Of a DNA stretch of 64,000 nt, positions 1 through 10,471 are shown one piece after another. Below the pieces are notes generated by a model. The model made no database searches. It was not told the origin of the DNA and saw only the letters and a program-made list of their open reading frames with translations. The stretch is taken from assembly GCA_041287245.1 (NCBI GenBank), contig JBEULP010000039.1, forward strand, positions 17,608-81,607, written 5' to 3'. A program made the position numbers and the translations under genes. Each line of letters starts with the position of its first letter. Position 1 is the stretch's first letter. The DNA comes from Infirmifilum sp. (GTDB lineage Archaea; Thermoproteota; Thermoprotei; Thermofilales; Thermofilaceae).

Positions 1-1009
1 CTCTCTGCGCTTTATCGTCCCAGTATTGATATATAAGCATGGGATCAAGTAGCACTCTTTCCTCCTTTTTTACAAGCCCCAAATAGTCCACAACGTTTTC
101 AAGGGTTTTCACCTTAACCTCCGGAATCTCGCTTGCATAGTCATAGAGATCAACATTCGCACGCCCAACAATGCTGATGTGCCCATAGACGCTTTGGGCA
201 GGCTCGCCTCTACCTCTAGCGACATCCAGCTTTAAGCCGTTTTTACGTGCTCGTGCAATCAGGTAAGGCCAGTCGAAACGGTTGTTGTTGTACCCTACGA
301 TAACATCCGGGTCCTGCTCTATGACATCCTGTACAAATTCTTTAATAAGGCGTGAGTCGTCACGGTCATCAGCCTCAAAGGTCTCAGCACCATCCCCTGT
401 GACCCGACTAAGTAAAAGAATATTGTCCCTCTCCGGGTCAGGCTCGCCAAACTTATTGTAGCACTCTATATCGAACGCGTAGATCTTTAGAAGGGGGATT
501 TTTTGTTCGTCCAGGGGCTTCGGCGGCTCTAATGCTCGAAAAACGCGGTCTACACGCCACCTGGAGCTGTTTTCAGTCTCTTCAACCTTAACGACATGCC
601 AAGAGCTAGGTCTTACGTCATTGTCGATCATGTAACGCATGTAGAATCTGATGTCAGCCTCGAGAACCTCCTTCACACCTTTAACCTTAGCAGCAACCTC
701 TCGCGCCTTAGGCACGTCGCGAGGATCGGACAAATTAACCCTAACAGCCTCCACCGGCATACCAAAGTACTTCTTTTGCACTTTTTCCAGAGAAAGGACA
801 TGGAAACCTGAAAGGCTAGCACGCACAGCTTTTAAAAAGTTTTCATCGACGATGTTCTCACGGGGTAGCAGATAGAAATAGGGGCGGAAGCCCCGGTCAA
901 TAATGACGACCCGCTCTCCGTTCTCATTTATACCCCACATCCTAATCTCTGGAACACCGTTTACAACGTCATAGCTAATGTCCAGGAGCCAGAAGACCTC
1001 TTCCTTCAC
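1..1009 (-). CDS. polB: Family B DNA polymerase (PolB3-type), N-terminal/exonuclease part, truncated by window edge
   Basis: Not in ORF track. Manual translation from GTG at 1009: MKEEVFWLLDISYDVVNGVPEIRMWGINENGERVVIIDRGFRPYFY; later EADIRFYMRY, AFDIECY (Exo I) and VGYNNNRFDWPYL (Exo II). Confidence 0.93.
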   Translation of the reverse strand, partial: MKEEVFWLLDISYDVVNGVPEIRMWGINENGERVVIIDRGFRPYFYLLPRENIVDENFLKAVRASLSGFHVLSLEKVQKKYFGMPVEAVRVNLSDPRDVPKAREVAAKVKGVKEVLEADIRFYMRYMIDNDVRPSSWHVVKVEETENSSRWRVDRVFRALEPPKPLDEQKIPLLKIYAFDIECYNKFGEPDPERDNILLLSRVTGDGAETFEADDRDDSRLIKEFVQDVIEQDPDVIVGYNNNRFDWPYLIARARKNGLKLDVARGRGEPAQSVYGHISIVGRANVDLYDYASEIPEVKVKTLENVVDYLGLVKKEERVLLDPMLIYQYWDDKAQR

Positions 1010-1057
1010 GACTCTCTAAGAATTAGTTAAAAACCAAGCCTAAAAAACTAGCGGGCT

Positions 1058-1669
1058 TTAGTGTTGTATAGGCCAGGTTAGGGTTTTCTCGCGGCTCCCC
1101 TGCTTCGTGATTGTCAGTACGTCGATTCCGTCGCCGCTAGCCGCGTCGCGCCTCATAGCCGCCTCGATGGCTTTTACAGCGAGATTCTCAGCGGCCTCTA
1201 TGTCCATAGAGGGCGAGTAATTATTCTCGATAATGCTTATAGCAAGCTGGGTTCCTGAACCAAGAGCTATGTAATCATCCTCGATTATGGCCCCAATAGG
1301 ATCCAGAGAGTACAAGTGTGATCCATTCTCGTCCAGTCCACCAATAACCATTTCTGCGAAATACGGGAATAATCGTCTTCCATAGAGAATATATGAAAGT
1401 AGCTTAGCCGCTGTCCAAACACTAGGCGAAATCCCAGCGTCCAACTCATAAATACGCATTTCGAACTCAATAATCCTAGCTAGGGTTTGCATGTCAGCCA
1501 TCAGACCCGCGCTTGCAAGTCCCATTCTATCGAGTATCCTATAGACCTTTTTCCCAGATTTACTCATAAGGTAAAGACCGTACGTTACTCTTTTTTCGGC
1601 AGCTAGGACAACGCCATCAGCGACTTTAATTCCAACAGTGGTTCCAGGAAGCTGCTCTATCTCTCCCAT
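1058..1669 (-). CDS. psmB: Proteasome subunit beta (probably non-catalytic beta-1 type)
   Basis: TTVGIK..DGVVLAAEKR, GLMADMQ, ALGSG, RDAASGDG motifs; LPGTTVG appears to lack the Thr1 nucleophile of the GTTTVG consensus. Confidence 0.93.
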   Translation of the reverse strand: MGEIEQLPGTTVGIKVADGVVLAAEKRVTYGLYLMSKSGKKVYRILDRMGLASAGLMADMQTLARIIEFEMRIYELDAGISPSVWTAAKLLSYILYGRRLFPYFAEMVIGGLDENGSHLYSLDPIGAIIEDDYIALGSGTQLAISIIENNYSPSMDIEAAENLAVKAIEAAMRRDAASGDGIDVLTITKQGSREKTLTWPIQH

Positions 1670-1925
1670 ATTTATGCCCTAAATGAAAAAACAAGCTGAG
1701 CTATAAGCATTGCTAATGTGTCGCGCAAGAGCATGTTTACAGTGTTGTTTTCATCCCCGTTACGCGTCTACGGCGAGAGTAGGAATATTACAGAGAAGTT
1801 TCAAGACTTGACTTAGAGCTCTCACGGCTTTCTCTTGTCTGCCATATGCATAGCACAACGTTAGAAAAACTTAAAACCCTCGCCACGTAATATTTTAAAG
1901 TAGCGCTGCTAATGTGGACTAAACT

Positions 1926-2858
1926 ATGGCTGAGAGAAAACCCAAGCATGAGCAGCATCTTTATGTTAAGCTTCCATCGAATGAGTACTGTATTGACTCA
2001 ATCTTAATATCACGCTCAGGACTTGTCATCACCAAAGAAACTGAGGATGCTACAAGAATCACGCCGAATGTAGCTAGTACCCTTAAAACTGTAGCAGACT
2101 TCCTCGATGCCTTACCTATAATTTTGTCAGACAAACTTTCAGACGAGAAGGTCGAGGAAAATATCATTTACTCTAGACATAATGTCCCTGTAGTCAACAA
2201 GGAAACCTTTCGGGAACTAATATCCGGTACAAAGTTACCACTTGTCTACTTTACCCACGGTGGAGTTTATGTAAAAGTAAACGGCTCGAAGCTTAAGGAG
2301 CTACGTGAGAAGGTCGGGTTAAGCAGGGGAGAGCTTGCCTGGCGTATCGGTGTTTCGAACAAAGCGATCGCTAATTATGAGGAGGGGGAGAGCGACGTAA
2401 GCCTTGAAGTTGCGTGGAAGCTGGAGGAAATCTTTGGAGATGAAATTTTCGAAGAATTGTCGATGAAGTCTTTGAAGGAGATTTTTAATGAGAAAATTAA
2501 GGCTTTAGAAATTGAGCCAAGAGATGTAGTGTTAAGGGCGCTATTTAGTGAACTGAGAGAATATGGATTTAGAAATTACGTTTTTTTAAAGGCGCCCTTC
2601 GATGCAGGCGTTAAGTTTGTCCAAGAGAAGATTAAAATAAAAATAGCCATTAAAAAGGAGCCCGCCTCGGAGGAAGTAGAGCTTGCCAGTGAAGTATCCG
2701 AGAAAACCCAAACACCACTTGTAGTCATTTCATCCAGTAAAGAGGACGTCGAGGGTCACGAAAACCTATTCTTCGTTCAAGGCAAAGATCCCCACAAGAT
2801 TCGAGATGTAATTCTCAGGATTTATCACCGCGAGGAACAAAGAAGTCTTAGTTCATAG
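1926..2858 (+). CDS. Cro/C1-type HTH transcriptional regulator (conserved archaeal COG1395-like)
   Basis: GGVYVKVNGSKLKELREKVGLSRGELA..GVSNKAIANYEEG HTH; KAPFDA motif. Confidence 0.85.
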   Translation: MAERKPKHEQHLYVKLPSNEYCIDSILISRSGLVITKETEDATRITPNVASTLKTVADFLDALPIILSDKLSDEKVEENIIYSRHNVPVVNKETFRELISGTKLPLVYFTHGGVYVKVNGSKLKELREKVGLSRGELAWRIGVSNKAIANYEEGESDVSLEVAWKLEEIFGDEIFEELSMKSLKEIFNEKIKALEIEPRDVVLRALFSELREYGFRNYVFLKAPFDAGVKFVQEKIKIKIAIKKEPASEEVELASEVSEKTQTPLVVISSSKEDVEGHENLFFVQGKDPHKIRDVILRIYHREEQRSLSS

Positions 2859-2867
2859 GCAAAAATT

Positions 2868-4049
2868 ATGGATCCATGCGTGCTTCGTGAAACTAGGGAA
2901 GGCAAAGCCATTATTCAACACTGTGACCTGAAGGAACTAGCAGTTAAAGAAGGATATGTTGACCCAGCATGGGCTCCTGTTTTTTATAACCCCAGGATGC
3001 AATGCTCCCGGGATCTTTCCACCGTTATCGTCTCTGTATATGCAAAGTACACAGGCAGAAACGATTTGCACGTCGTAGACGTGATGTGCGGTACGGGTGC
3101 GAGGGGTATAAGATACGCACTCGAGGTTCCAGGCGTCTCCAAGGTAACGTTGAATGACGCAAACCCTAAGGCAGCAGAACTCACCCGGCGAAACGTTGCC
3201 CTAAACTCCGTGACGGATATGACTCAGGTTGAAAACCGGGAGGCGCACGGTGTCTTAGCAACGGTAAAGGCTGATGTAATAGATTTAGATCCTTTCGGGA
3301 CGCCGGCGCCTTTCGTGCATCCCGCTTTAAAAGCTCTGAGGCATAAAGGCTTACTATGCGTGACTGCAACAGATCTGCCTCCTCTACTCGGAATATATCC
3401 TAGAGCTTGCATGAGAAAATATTTCTCGCTAAGCTTTAAGTCAGAGTTTTCTAGGGAAATGGCCGTTAGAATACTGCTTTACTTTGTGGCACGCGAAGCG
3501 GCGAAGCTAGGGAGAAGGATAAGGCCTTTTTACTCGTATTATCTCGACCACCATGTTAGGATTTGCGTAATTGTAGAGAAAAGTCCTGAGAGCAGTTTTT
3601 TAGAGAGAAACATAGGATTTTTACTTTACAATCCTAGTACACTTGAGAGAACATTAGTTCGAATCCCCGATTTTCAGTCAGCTCTCTCTAAGGCGATTAT
3701 TTCTCCACCATATCAGCTGGGGGGCCCATTATGGCTCGGTAAACTATGGGACGAAAGGACTGTTGTCGACGTTGAGAGTGAGTATGTTTCTCGTCTAGAC
3801 AGTTACAGTTACTGTAAGAGAGGGGCAGGCATCGTAAGGAGGATAAGAGAAGAATTCATGTTGAACCCTTTCTACTATACTACGGAGAAAATAGCCTCAA
3901 CCTTCCACCTACCTTTTGAGGCTCCGCCGCTCGAGGTAGTAAGAAAGCTCAGCTCAATGGGCTATCCTTCTTCGCTTACACATTTTGATCCTAAGGGGGT
4001 TCGGACAGAAGCACCAGTTAAAACTATACTCGAGATTTGGCACTCTTAA
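2868..4049 (+). CDS. trm1: tRNA (guanine-26 N2)-dimethyltransferase Trm1
   Basis: VFYNPRM..SRDL, GTGARGIRY, DLDPFGTPAPF, VTATD, THFDPKGVRT. Confidence 0.95.
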   Translation: MDPCVLRETREGKAIIQHCDLKELAVKEGYVDPAWAPVFYNPRMQCSRDLSTVIVSVYAKYTGRNDLHVVDVMCGTGARGIRYALEVPGVSKVTLNDANPKAAELTRRNVALNSVTDMTQVENREAHGVLATVKADVIDLDPFGTPAPFVHPALKALRHKGLLCVTATDLPPLLGIYPRACMRKYFSLSFKSEFSREMAVRILLYFVAREAAKLGRRIRPFYSYYLDHHVRICVIVEKSPESSFLERNIGFLLYNPSTLERTLVRIPDFQSALSKAIISPPYQLGGPLWLGKLWDERTVVDVESEYVSRLDSYSYCKRGAGIVRRIREEFMLNPFYYTTEKIASTFHLPFEAPPLEVVRKLSSMGYPSSLTHFDPKGVRTEAPVKTILEIWHS

Positions 4050-4096
4050 AGAAAGGTTTATGAACCACGATTCTAACCGCATGTAAGGTTAGAAAG

Positions 4097-4657
4097 ATGG
4101 GCTATCAAAAGTATCTTGCAAAGATATGGAAAAAGCCGTTAAGTGGTGAGCACGAAGCAGTTATGAAGGAAAGGTTTATCCTATGGAGGAAAGAGCCTAC
4201 CGTAGTACGTGTCGAGAAGCCAACACGTATAGACCGCGCAAGAGCCTTTGGATATAAAGCAAAGCAGGGATACGTCATTGTTAGAGTTCGTATAAGGAAG
4301 GGAGGGCTTAACAGGCCTAGGCCTAGCAGTGGTAGGAGGCCAAAGAGGATGGGTGTTGAAGGTTATAGTCCTCACAAAAGCGCTCGCTGGATCGCAGAGG
4401 AAAAAGCCGCGCGAAAGTTCCCCAATCTCGTCGTCCTGGGTTCCTACTGGGTTGGCGAGGACGGCGTATATAAGTGGTACGAGGTTGTAATGGCTGATCC
4501 TAACCATCCTTCGATAAAGAATGATCCGGAGAGAAGGTGGATAGCCGGTTTTACTACCAGAAAAGATTATGGTGTGACTCGCGAGAAGCTTCTTAAAATC
4601 CTAGAGAAAGCTAATGTTACCGAAGAATCAGAAACCAAGGAGAATTACGAACGATGA
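4097..4657 (+). CDS. rpl15e: 50S ribosomal protein L15e
   Basis: [39 protein letters not shown]. Confidence 0.98.
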   Translation: MGYQKYLAKIWKKPLSGEHEAVMKERFILWRKEPTVVRVEKPTRIDRARAFGYKAKQGYVIVRVRIRKGGLNRPRPSSGRRPKRMGVEGYSPHKSARWIAEEKAARKFPNLVVLGSYWVGEDGVYKWYEVVMADPNHPSIKNDPERRWIAGFTTRKDYGVTREKLLKILEKANVTEESETKENYER

Positions 4658-5112
4658 AAAAGTCCCGAGTAGCTGTTTCGGTCGAGATCTCAACCTCTGC
4701 ACATGCAACCGAAGACGAGGAACGTGTTATTAAAGCTATGTTGAATATTCTTCCGGAGGAGCTCAGAAGCGAGGAGCTATCAAATCTAAGGAAAAACCTC
4801 AGCTATGGCTTTTATGGGAATCCTATAGTTCTTTTTAATCTTGAACTTTTAGAGGAAAAGGCCGATAAAGTTGTATTCTACGTTTTCTCAAGGATGCACA
4901 GAGAGGATCTCGAGGAAGTCTTTAATGATTTTGAAAACAGGTTTGCGAAAGGAAGGCTTTATCTACGTTTCGACAAACAGGAAGCATATTACGGGGAGCT
5001 AAAGCTGAGTAGTGCAGACGAAATTATAAGATGCATTATAAAGTTCAAACCCCACATAAGAAAGCCGGAAGACATTAAAATAGCCTTAAAAGAACAAGGA
5101 ATCACCATTTAA
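4654..5112 (+). CDS. Conserved RNA-binding protein (COG1325-like)
   Basis: [26 protein letters not shown]; usual neighbour of rpl15e/rnp3. Confidence 0.85.
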   Translation: MKKSRVAVSVEISTSAHATEDEERVIKAMLNILPEELRSEELSNLRKNLSYGFYGNPIVLFNLELLEEKADKVVFYVFSRMHREDLEEVFNDFENRFAKGRLYLRFDKQEAYYGELKLSSADEIIRCIIKFKPHIRKPEDIKIALKEQGITI

Positions 5113-5254
5113 AATATATAAGCCCGGTCCTGCTCCAGAACCATCGTTCCCCTAGGAGCTTAAAAAACCTTGTTTTCAAGTATATATTATTTTTCACTAC
5201 GCGTGTGTGCCCGACGCCCTAGTTTTTATATGCTGGCCGAGGGTGATGTGAAAC

Positions 5255-6013
5255 GTGGGTACGCGCTTTTATGACGTGTACTGTGGGCTACTCAAGAGTT
5301 TTACACTAGAAGAAGTTGACCGTTTTTACCAGAGTTCTCTCAAACGGGGGTTTTACGGCTGTGCCCCCTGCATTGAGGTGGTCGAGAACGAAGACATTGG
5401 CATGTTGAGAGAAAAGCTTGAGACGGTACGCAGGGCATTCGACGACTTAAACGAGAAGGGCGAGAGGGTTTATCTGAGGTGTACTCTTAAGATAGGCTCT
5501 CAAGGTAGGGTTAAACGCCTTCTCCCGCTTATCAGGAGGAAATGTGACCTTGTAGCCATAGAAGCCGCGTCGCGAGAAATTGCCGCTTTTGCAAGTCGAG
5601 ATAGACGAATAGATATTATTACGCTTGTCCCTAACGTTTCACCTATTCTATTTAGAGGTGATATTTCTTACCTTTACGAGTATGGTAAGTTCATTGAAGT
5701 AGTTTTTGCATCTATAATAGATGAAAATCCTCTACAGTTTGCAAGAAAGCTAGCTTATACGCGTAGCCTGCTACAAAGACCCTTAGCTAAAAACCTTCCA
5801 GTCTTAATCTCAAGCGGCCCGACGGGCAGTGTTGATTCACGCGCCCTGCTTTCCTTCGCTGAAACAGTTCTAGGCATAAAATATCTGCATCTTAGGCAAG
5901 CCATGTCTACCCAAATAGAAAAGAAGCTTAGTGAAAACCAAGAAAAAAGACAAGGGATAATCCCCGTGGAGGGAGTTCGCCTCGAAACTGGTGGTCAAGA
6001 TGAGGGAAGTTAA
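5255..6013 (+). CDS. rnp3: Ribonuclease P protein component 3 (Rpp30)
   Basis: DLVAI, FASRDRRIDII, PVLISSG pattern; position between rpl15e and pop5. Confidence 0.8.
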   Translation: MGTRFYDVYCGLLKSFTLEEVDRFYQSSLKRGFYGCAPCIEVVENEDIGMLREKLETVRRAFDDLNEKGERVYLRCTLKIGSQGRVKRLLPLIRRKCDLVAIEAASREIAAFASRDRRIDIITLVPNVSPILFRGDISYLYEYGKFIEVVFASIIDENPLQFARKLAYTRSLLQRPLAKNLPVLISSGPTGSVDSRALLSFAETVLGIKYLHLRQAMSTQIEKKLSENQEKRQGIIPVEGVRLETGGQDEGS

Positions 6014-6308
6014 GTACAGGTATGTTGTTATAGAGCTCTCAGATGGGGCCATAGACCCGCGCGAAGTAGAGGAGTACATAGCTAAGCTTATACAGCAGCT
6101 CTTCGGCATCCAGGGGTTGTCTCAGACTCTCCCTAGGGTCGTTTTTCAACGTAAAAACATTTTCGTCGTACGAGTGAGACGGGAGGGGTTAAAAATCCTC
6201 AGGGCATCGCTCGCTCTCGACCTTGCCCCTCGTCTATTCGTGTTGAAAACAACCGGGACTATTCGTAAAGCCAGTAGGATCGCGTCAAGCTGGGGCAGAC
6301 CTTCCTAA
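5991..6308 (+). CDS. rnp2: Ribonuclease P protein component 2 (Pop5/Rpp14)
   Basis: KYRYVV, LFG..G, VVRV.R, TTGTIRKA; true start may be ATG at 6000. Confidence 0.88.
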   Translation: MVKMREVKYRYVVIELSDGAIDPREVEEYIAKLIQQLFGIQGLSQTLPRVVFQRKNIFVVRVRREGLKILRASLALDLAPRLFVLKTTGTIRKASRIASSWGRPS

Positions 6309-6369
6309 CTAAGCTAGCGCGCGAGCGGAAGCCTAATAAAATCCTATTCCGCGTGGATAATGAGACTGC

Positions 6370-7266
6370 ATGCGAGATTTAACGGTTGTTTCCGGCTCTG
6401 GATGTTCAGGGTTAGCTTTAGCGGTTTCTAGGCTTCTCAATGTAGTGTTCCAGCCAGTTATTGTGAGAGAGTTTCCAGATGGGGAGCTATATGTTAGAGT
6501 GCCTACCGACGTGAATGGGAGAAAAGTCGTCCTGGTTGAGTGTGCAGGTCGAAGGCCAAACTCGGCGTTCATGGAAACTATTTTCACGGTTAAGACCCTC
6601 ATTAAGAAGGGGGCTAGAGAGGTAATCCTCGCTCTTCCCTACTTTCCTTATGCACGCCAGGATGCAGAGTTTAATCCAGGAGAGTCCGAAAGTCTCCGAA
6701 TAATCGCAGACCTTCTTAGTGACCTTGGAGTGTCGTCTGTTGTAACAGTTGACATGCACCTGCACAGGTTTAAGAGCATGAATGAGATATTCCGCATTAA
6801 AACCGTTAACGTAACAGCTATGCGTGACCTAGCTCGATATGTTTCCCGAAACTACCCGGGGGTCTCCCTCGTTATAGGCCCGGATGAGGAGGCTGAGCAG
6901 TGGGCACGGCTCTTCGCCGAAGAGCTAGGCAGTCCCTACGCGGTTCTAGAGAAGGAGCGGAGAGGGGATGAAGAGGTAACGGTTTCAGGGGGCGTGGAAG
7001 CGAGGGGTCAGGTGGTCATTGTTGATGACATTATAAGCACGGGGGCTACTATAGCTACAACAGCCTCATCGCTGAAGTCCAAGGGCGTCACTGATATAAT
7101 TGTGGCTTGTACCCATGGCTTGCTTGTGGGTGGGGCGGAGTCGAAGATCTTCACTAGTGGTGTTAAGGATATTATAACCTCTGACACCATAACGAATCCT
7201 TTCGCTAAGGTAAGCGTTGCACCTTCATTGGCAGATGGAATAGCTAGGGTGGTGCTCGATGGATAA
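6370..7266 (+). CDS. prs: Ribose-phosphate pyrophosphokinase (PRPP synthetase)
   Basis: FPDGELYVR, PYFPYARQD, VDMH, VIVDDIISTGAT, CTHG. Confidence 0.96.
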   Translation: MRDLTVVSGSGCSGLALAVSRLLNVVFQPVIVREFPDGELYVRVPTDVNGRKVVLVECAGRRPNSAFMETIFTVKTLIKKGAREVILALPYFPYARQDAEFNPGESESLRIIADLLSDLGVSSVVTVDMHLHRFKSMNEIFRIKTVNVTAMRDLARYVSRNYPGVSLVIGPDEEAEQWARLFAEELGSPYAVLEKERRGDEEVTVSGGVEARGQVVIVDDIISTGATIATTASSLKSKGVTDIIVACTHGLLVGGAESKIFTSGVKDIITSDTITNPFAKVSVAPSLADGIARVVLDG

Positions 7267-8224
7267 AGCCGAATACGTGGAGGCTATAAATAGGATTAGA
7301 ACTGGAAAGATACACAGCTCTTCAGAAGTTGTGTTCTTCGCCCTCGATAAAATGCTCCAGGTTCTTGCTGAGGAGAAAAAGCTTAGCAAGTTCGCAGAGT
7401 TCACGCTTCAACTAGTAAAGTCCCGTCCAACAAGCGCGCTCTTAATAAATGTTGCCCGCGAGCTGTCTAGAGAAATAATTGACCACAAGGAGGAATCCAT
7501 AGATGGTATCATAGAGCATGCCACCCGGAAAGTCGATGAGCTCAAGAAGCGTATTCAAACATCGGTTGAGCTCTCTGCAGGTATAGCTGAAAAAAGAATA
7601 GAGTCGGGAGACACCATTTTAACAGCCTCCTATAGTCTCTTCGTAAAGAAAACAATCGAAAATGCCCTTAGAAAAGGAAAAGAAATAAAAATTATTGTCA
7701 CAGAGTCCCGCCCAGGTAGTGAAGGTCTTAGGATGGCATCAGAACTCGTCTCGCTAGGTTGCGACGTCACCTTAATCGTGGACTCTGCTGTAAGATTTGT
7801 CATGAAAAATGTTGATAAGGTTCTCTTATCCTCGGAAAGCGTCACGGCTAATGGTGCCAATGTGAACAAGATAGGCTCAAGCCAGATTGCATTGGCAGCC
7901 CATGAGGCGCGGGTAAGGGTCTTCGTAGTAACCACAACTCTGAAGTTTAGCCCTGAAACAATCGTAGGTGAAATGATAGAGATACCTGAGGCTGACACTT
8001 CTGAGATTCGAGAACTCTTAGAGAAGAAGGGTCTAGATAAGGTTAAGGTTAAAGCCCCCCTATTTGACGTTACACCCCCCGAATACATCGACGCTATAAT
8101 AACCGAGAAGGGGCTCGTAGCCCCATCCTTTGCAATTATGACGGTCAGAGACCTATACGGGTGGCCACCCCGTCCACTCCTTTTAGACGAAAGTCTAAGA
8201 GAGTTGCTAGGGGTTGATAAATGA
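7259..8224 (+). CDS. eIF-2B alpha/beta/delta family protein, degenerate ribose-1,5-bisphosphate isomerase paralog
   Basis: RPTS, VTESRP..EG, NKIGS, FDVTPPEYIDAIITEKG; catalytic Cys/Asp positions read TASYS and SSES. Confidence 0.88.
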   Translation: MDKAEYVEAINRIRTGKIHSSSEVVFFALDKMLQVLAEEKKLSKFAEFTLQLVKSRPTSALLINVARELSREIIDHKEESIDGIIEHATRKVDELKKRIQTSVELSAGIAEKRIESGDTILTASYSLFVKKTIENALRKGKEIKIIVTESRPGSEGLRMASELVSLGCDVTLIVDSAVRFVMKNVDKVLLSSESVTANGANVNKIGSSQIALAAHEARVRVFVVTTTLKFSPETIVGEMIEIPEADTSEIRELLEKKGLDKVKVKAPLFDVTPPEYIDAIITEKGLVAPSFAIMTVRDLYGWPPRPLLLDESLRELLGVDK

Positions 8225-9204
8225 GTTTTAGTGTTCCCGAGGAGGTCTATAAAATAGCAAACGATATAAAGGAAATGAGGATTAGAGGGGCTGGGAGAAT
8301 AGCTAGAGCGGCAGCTACCGCTATAATGATAGCTGTAGAAAAATATCAGGGAGAGGATTTAGAAGTTTTCAAGGATTATGTCAGATATGTCGCAGACTAC
8401 CTCGTCAAGACACGCCCAACAGCCGTCTCCCTACCCAATGCAGTTAGCTTCGTGATAAAGCCTCTACAGGTGGGCCTCCACATCAAGGATGTGGAGGAGG
8501 CAAAGACGATCATAATAGATCGGGCTCAGTCTTTCATTAAATACTCGGAGGAAGCGCTCGCTAGAATAGCCGAGATTGGTAGCAGGGTAATACAAGATGG
8601 CGACAACATCTTGACGCATTGTAATAGCCAAGCAGTAGCTTCGATAGTTCAAAAAGCTATCCAACAAGGGAAAAACATCCAGGTATTCGCCACGGAAACC
8701 CGCCCGCTCTTCCAGGGACATATTACCGCCAAGATGCTCCTGGAGGTCGGAGCGGATGTAACATTGATTCCTGATTCAAGCGTCAGAACCATAATCCGCA
8801 GGATAGACAAGGTGATAGTCGGCGCAGACACTGTAACGGCTAACGGCGCTGTAGTAAATAAGATCGGCACGAGCATGATTGCCCTAATTGCCCACGAGCG
8901 TGGAACAGATTTCTACGTAGCCACTGAAACCTATAAGTTCAGCCCCTTAACCGTATGGGGGGAGCCAGTCATAATTGAAGAACGTCCTCCCACCGAGGTT
9001 GTTTCCCAAGAATTTCTAAATCAAAACCCCCGTCTCAAAGTGCTCAATCCGTCTTTCGACGTTACCCCCTCTGCCTATATAAGAGGGATTATCACGGAGA
9101 TAGGTCTTATCCCACCGAATGCAGCGCTTCTTGTCCTAGAAGAGGTTTATGGGCGGGAAACTATGCACGAGACGCTTCACACAGTAGAGGAAGAAATATC
9201 CTAA
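8221..9204 (+). CDS. Ribose-1,5-bisphosphate isomerase
   Basis: MRIRGAGRIAR, TRPTAVSLPNA, LTHCNS, ETRP..QG, VGAD, NKIGT, NPSFDVTP. Confidence 0.92.
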   Translation: MSFSVPEEVYKIANDIKEMRIRGAGRIARAAATAIMIAVEKYQGEDLEVFKDYVRYVADYLVKTRPTAVSLPNAVSFVIKPLQVGLHIKDVEEAKTIIIDRAQSFIKYSEEALARIAEIGSRVIQDGDNILTHCNSQAVASIVQKAIQQGKNIQVFATETRPLFQGHITAKMLLEVGADVTLIPDSSVRTIIRRIDKVIVGADTVTANGAVVNKIGTSMIALIAHERGTDFYVATETYKFSPLTVWGEPVIIEERPPTEVVSQEFLNQNPRLKVLNPSFDVTPSAYIRGIITEIGLIPPNAALLVLEEVYGRETMHETLHTVEEEIS

Positions 9205-9249
9205 GGAGGTAATCGATAAACCTAAGTGTCTGAGCTATAATAGTTATAT

Positions 9250-9864
9250 ATGGCTGGTAGTAGGCTGAAGATAGCTAATATTTCCTGGTCCGAGCTTTAT
9301 AGGGATACTGTCGAGCTATCCAAGAAAATTTTGGTAAGTGGATTTATTCCTCAGAAGCTGGTCGTTATTGCTAGAGGAGGGCTAGTTCTCGGCAGGCTGT
9401 TATCCGACCTTTTAGGGGTTAAGGATATCACTATTATTCCTGTATCGTTCTACCAGGGCATCGGCTCTACTAATGAAAAACCCGTGATATTGAAAGAGAT
9501 TGACGATAAAAACCTTGGAGGGAAAGTTGTCTTAATAGTAGACGACATAGTTGACACGGGTGAAACTCTTCAAGCAGTACTCGAGTATGTGCAAAGGTTT
9601 AATCCCAAGGAGCTCAGAAGTGCCGCTCTCTATGTGAAACCCTGGGCGAAAATTTTACCAGACTATTTCGTTAGGGTCGTAGATGTATGGGTGGTTTTTC
9701 CATATGAGTTACGAGAAACTCTTGAGAAACTACCGGAAGAGTATGTGGAGCTTCTAAGCCTAGATGCTGAAACAATAGAAGATATAAAAACTATCGAAGA
9801 GTATACTAGAAACAAAGCACAGTACAATGAAGAAGTTGAAGGGAAGAGCAATGGATTACTCTAA
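9250..9864 (+). CDS. Type I phosphoribosyltransferase (purine PRT-like)
   Basis: IARGG, VLIVDDIVDTGETL PRPP-binding motif, WVVFPYE. Confidence 0.9.
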   Translation: MAGSRLKIANISWSELYRDTVELSKKILVSGFIPQKLVVIARGGLVLGRLLSDLLGVKDITIIPVSFYQGIGSTNEKPVILKEIDDKNLGGKVVLIVDDIVDTGETLQAVLEYVQRFNPKELRSAALYVKPWAKILPDYFVRVVDVWVVFPYELRETLEKLPEEYVELLSLDAETIEDIKTIEEYTRNKAQYNEEVEGKSNGLL

Positions 9865-10414
9865 CTTATTCGCAAAATTCTTGGATGAGCTTTTAAGTCG
9901 AGATTTGGAACCGTTAGAGAAAGACTTCTATGAGAAAATCGTAGAGGAGCTTCGGAAAGCGAAAAATGAAGATAAAATATCTAGAAGTGTTGCCGTTACG
10001 CTTAGGTTTCTCTTTATTCTAAGACTCATTAAAGAGCTGGAAATTCTCTACAGGGGCTCTACACTAAATCTTGAGGACCTTCCCTCCTTAGAGAGAGAAG
10101 TTTTATCTAAGGTTACAGAGGCACTACGCTCGCTAGTACCTCAATACCCTTCGAGAGAGTTGCAGGTGAAACCCTCTGAGGCTAAGGCAACCGAAGATAG
10201 GCATGAGCCCCAACCCCAAGATAAAAAAACAGAGGAGAAAACCCTTGTATTTTTCCTTCAGCCCTATCCTCGCATCATAGATCGCAATATTATCCTCGGT
10301 CCCTTTAACAAGGGGGATATTGCCTTTATCCCTAAGCGTCTAGCGAAGGATCTCATAGCATCTGGTTACGTTGAAGAAATTGCTGAGGGCTCAGGAGAAC
10401 AGCGAGAAGGCTAA
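9851..10414 (+). CDS. DNA replication GINS subunit (Gins51/Gins15-type)
   Basis: N-terminal helical A domain (LEPLEKDFYEK) and C-terminal B domain GPFNKGDIAFIPKRLAKDLIASGYVEEI; ATG 9851 preferred over track start 9827. Confidence 0.75.
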   Translation: MDYSNLFAKFLDELLSRDLEPLEKDFYEKIVEELRKAKNEDKISRSVAVTLRFLFILRLIKELEILYRGSTLNLEDLPSLEREVLSKVTEALRSLVPQYPSRELQVKPSEAKATEDRHEPQPQDKKTEEKTLVFFLQPYPRIIDRNIILGPFNKGDIAFIPKRLAKDLIASGYVEEIAEGSGEQREG

Positions 10415-10471
10415 TCGCGCATGGTAACCAAAACTAAATATAGTGGCTATGAGCTCTCGTATGAGAAAAGT

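Noticed and set aside
596..875. Two plus-strand ORFs (71 and 74 aa)
   Set aside because: Antisense shadows of the minus-strand PolB gene; the same applies to the many short track ORFs nested in or opposite well-supported genes
5142..5169. Hairpin GCTCC-A-GAAC-CATC-GTTC-CCCTA-GGAGC after the rpl15e operon
   Set aside because: Could be a small RNA or terminator, but has no convincing K-turn, ACA box or U-tract
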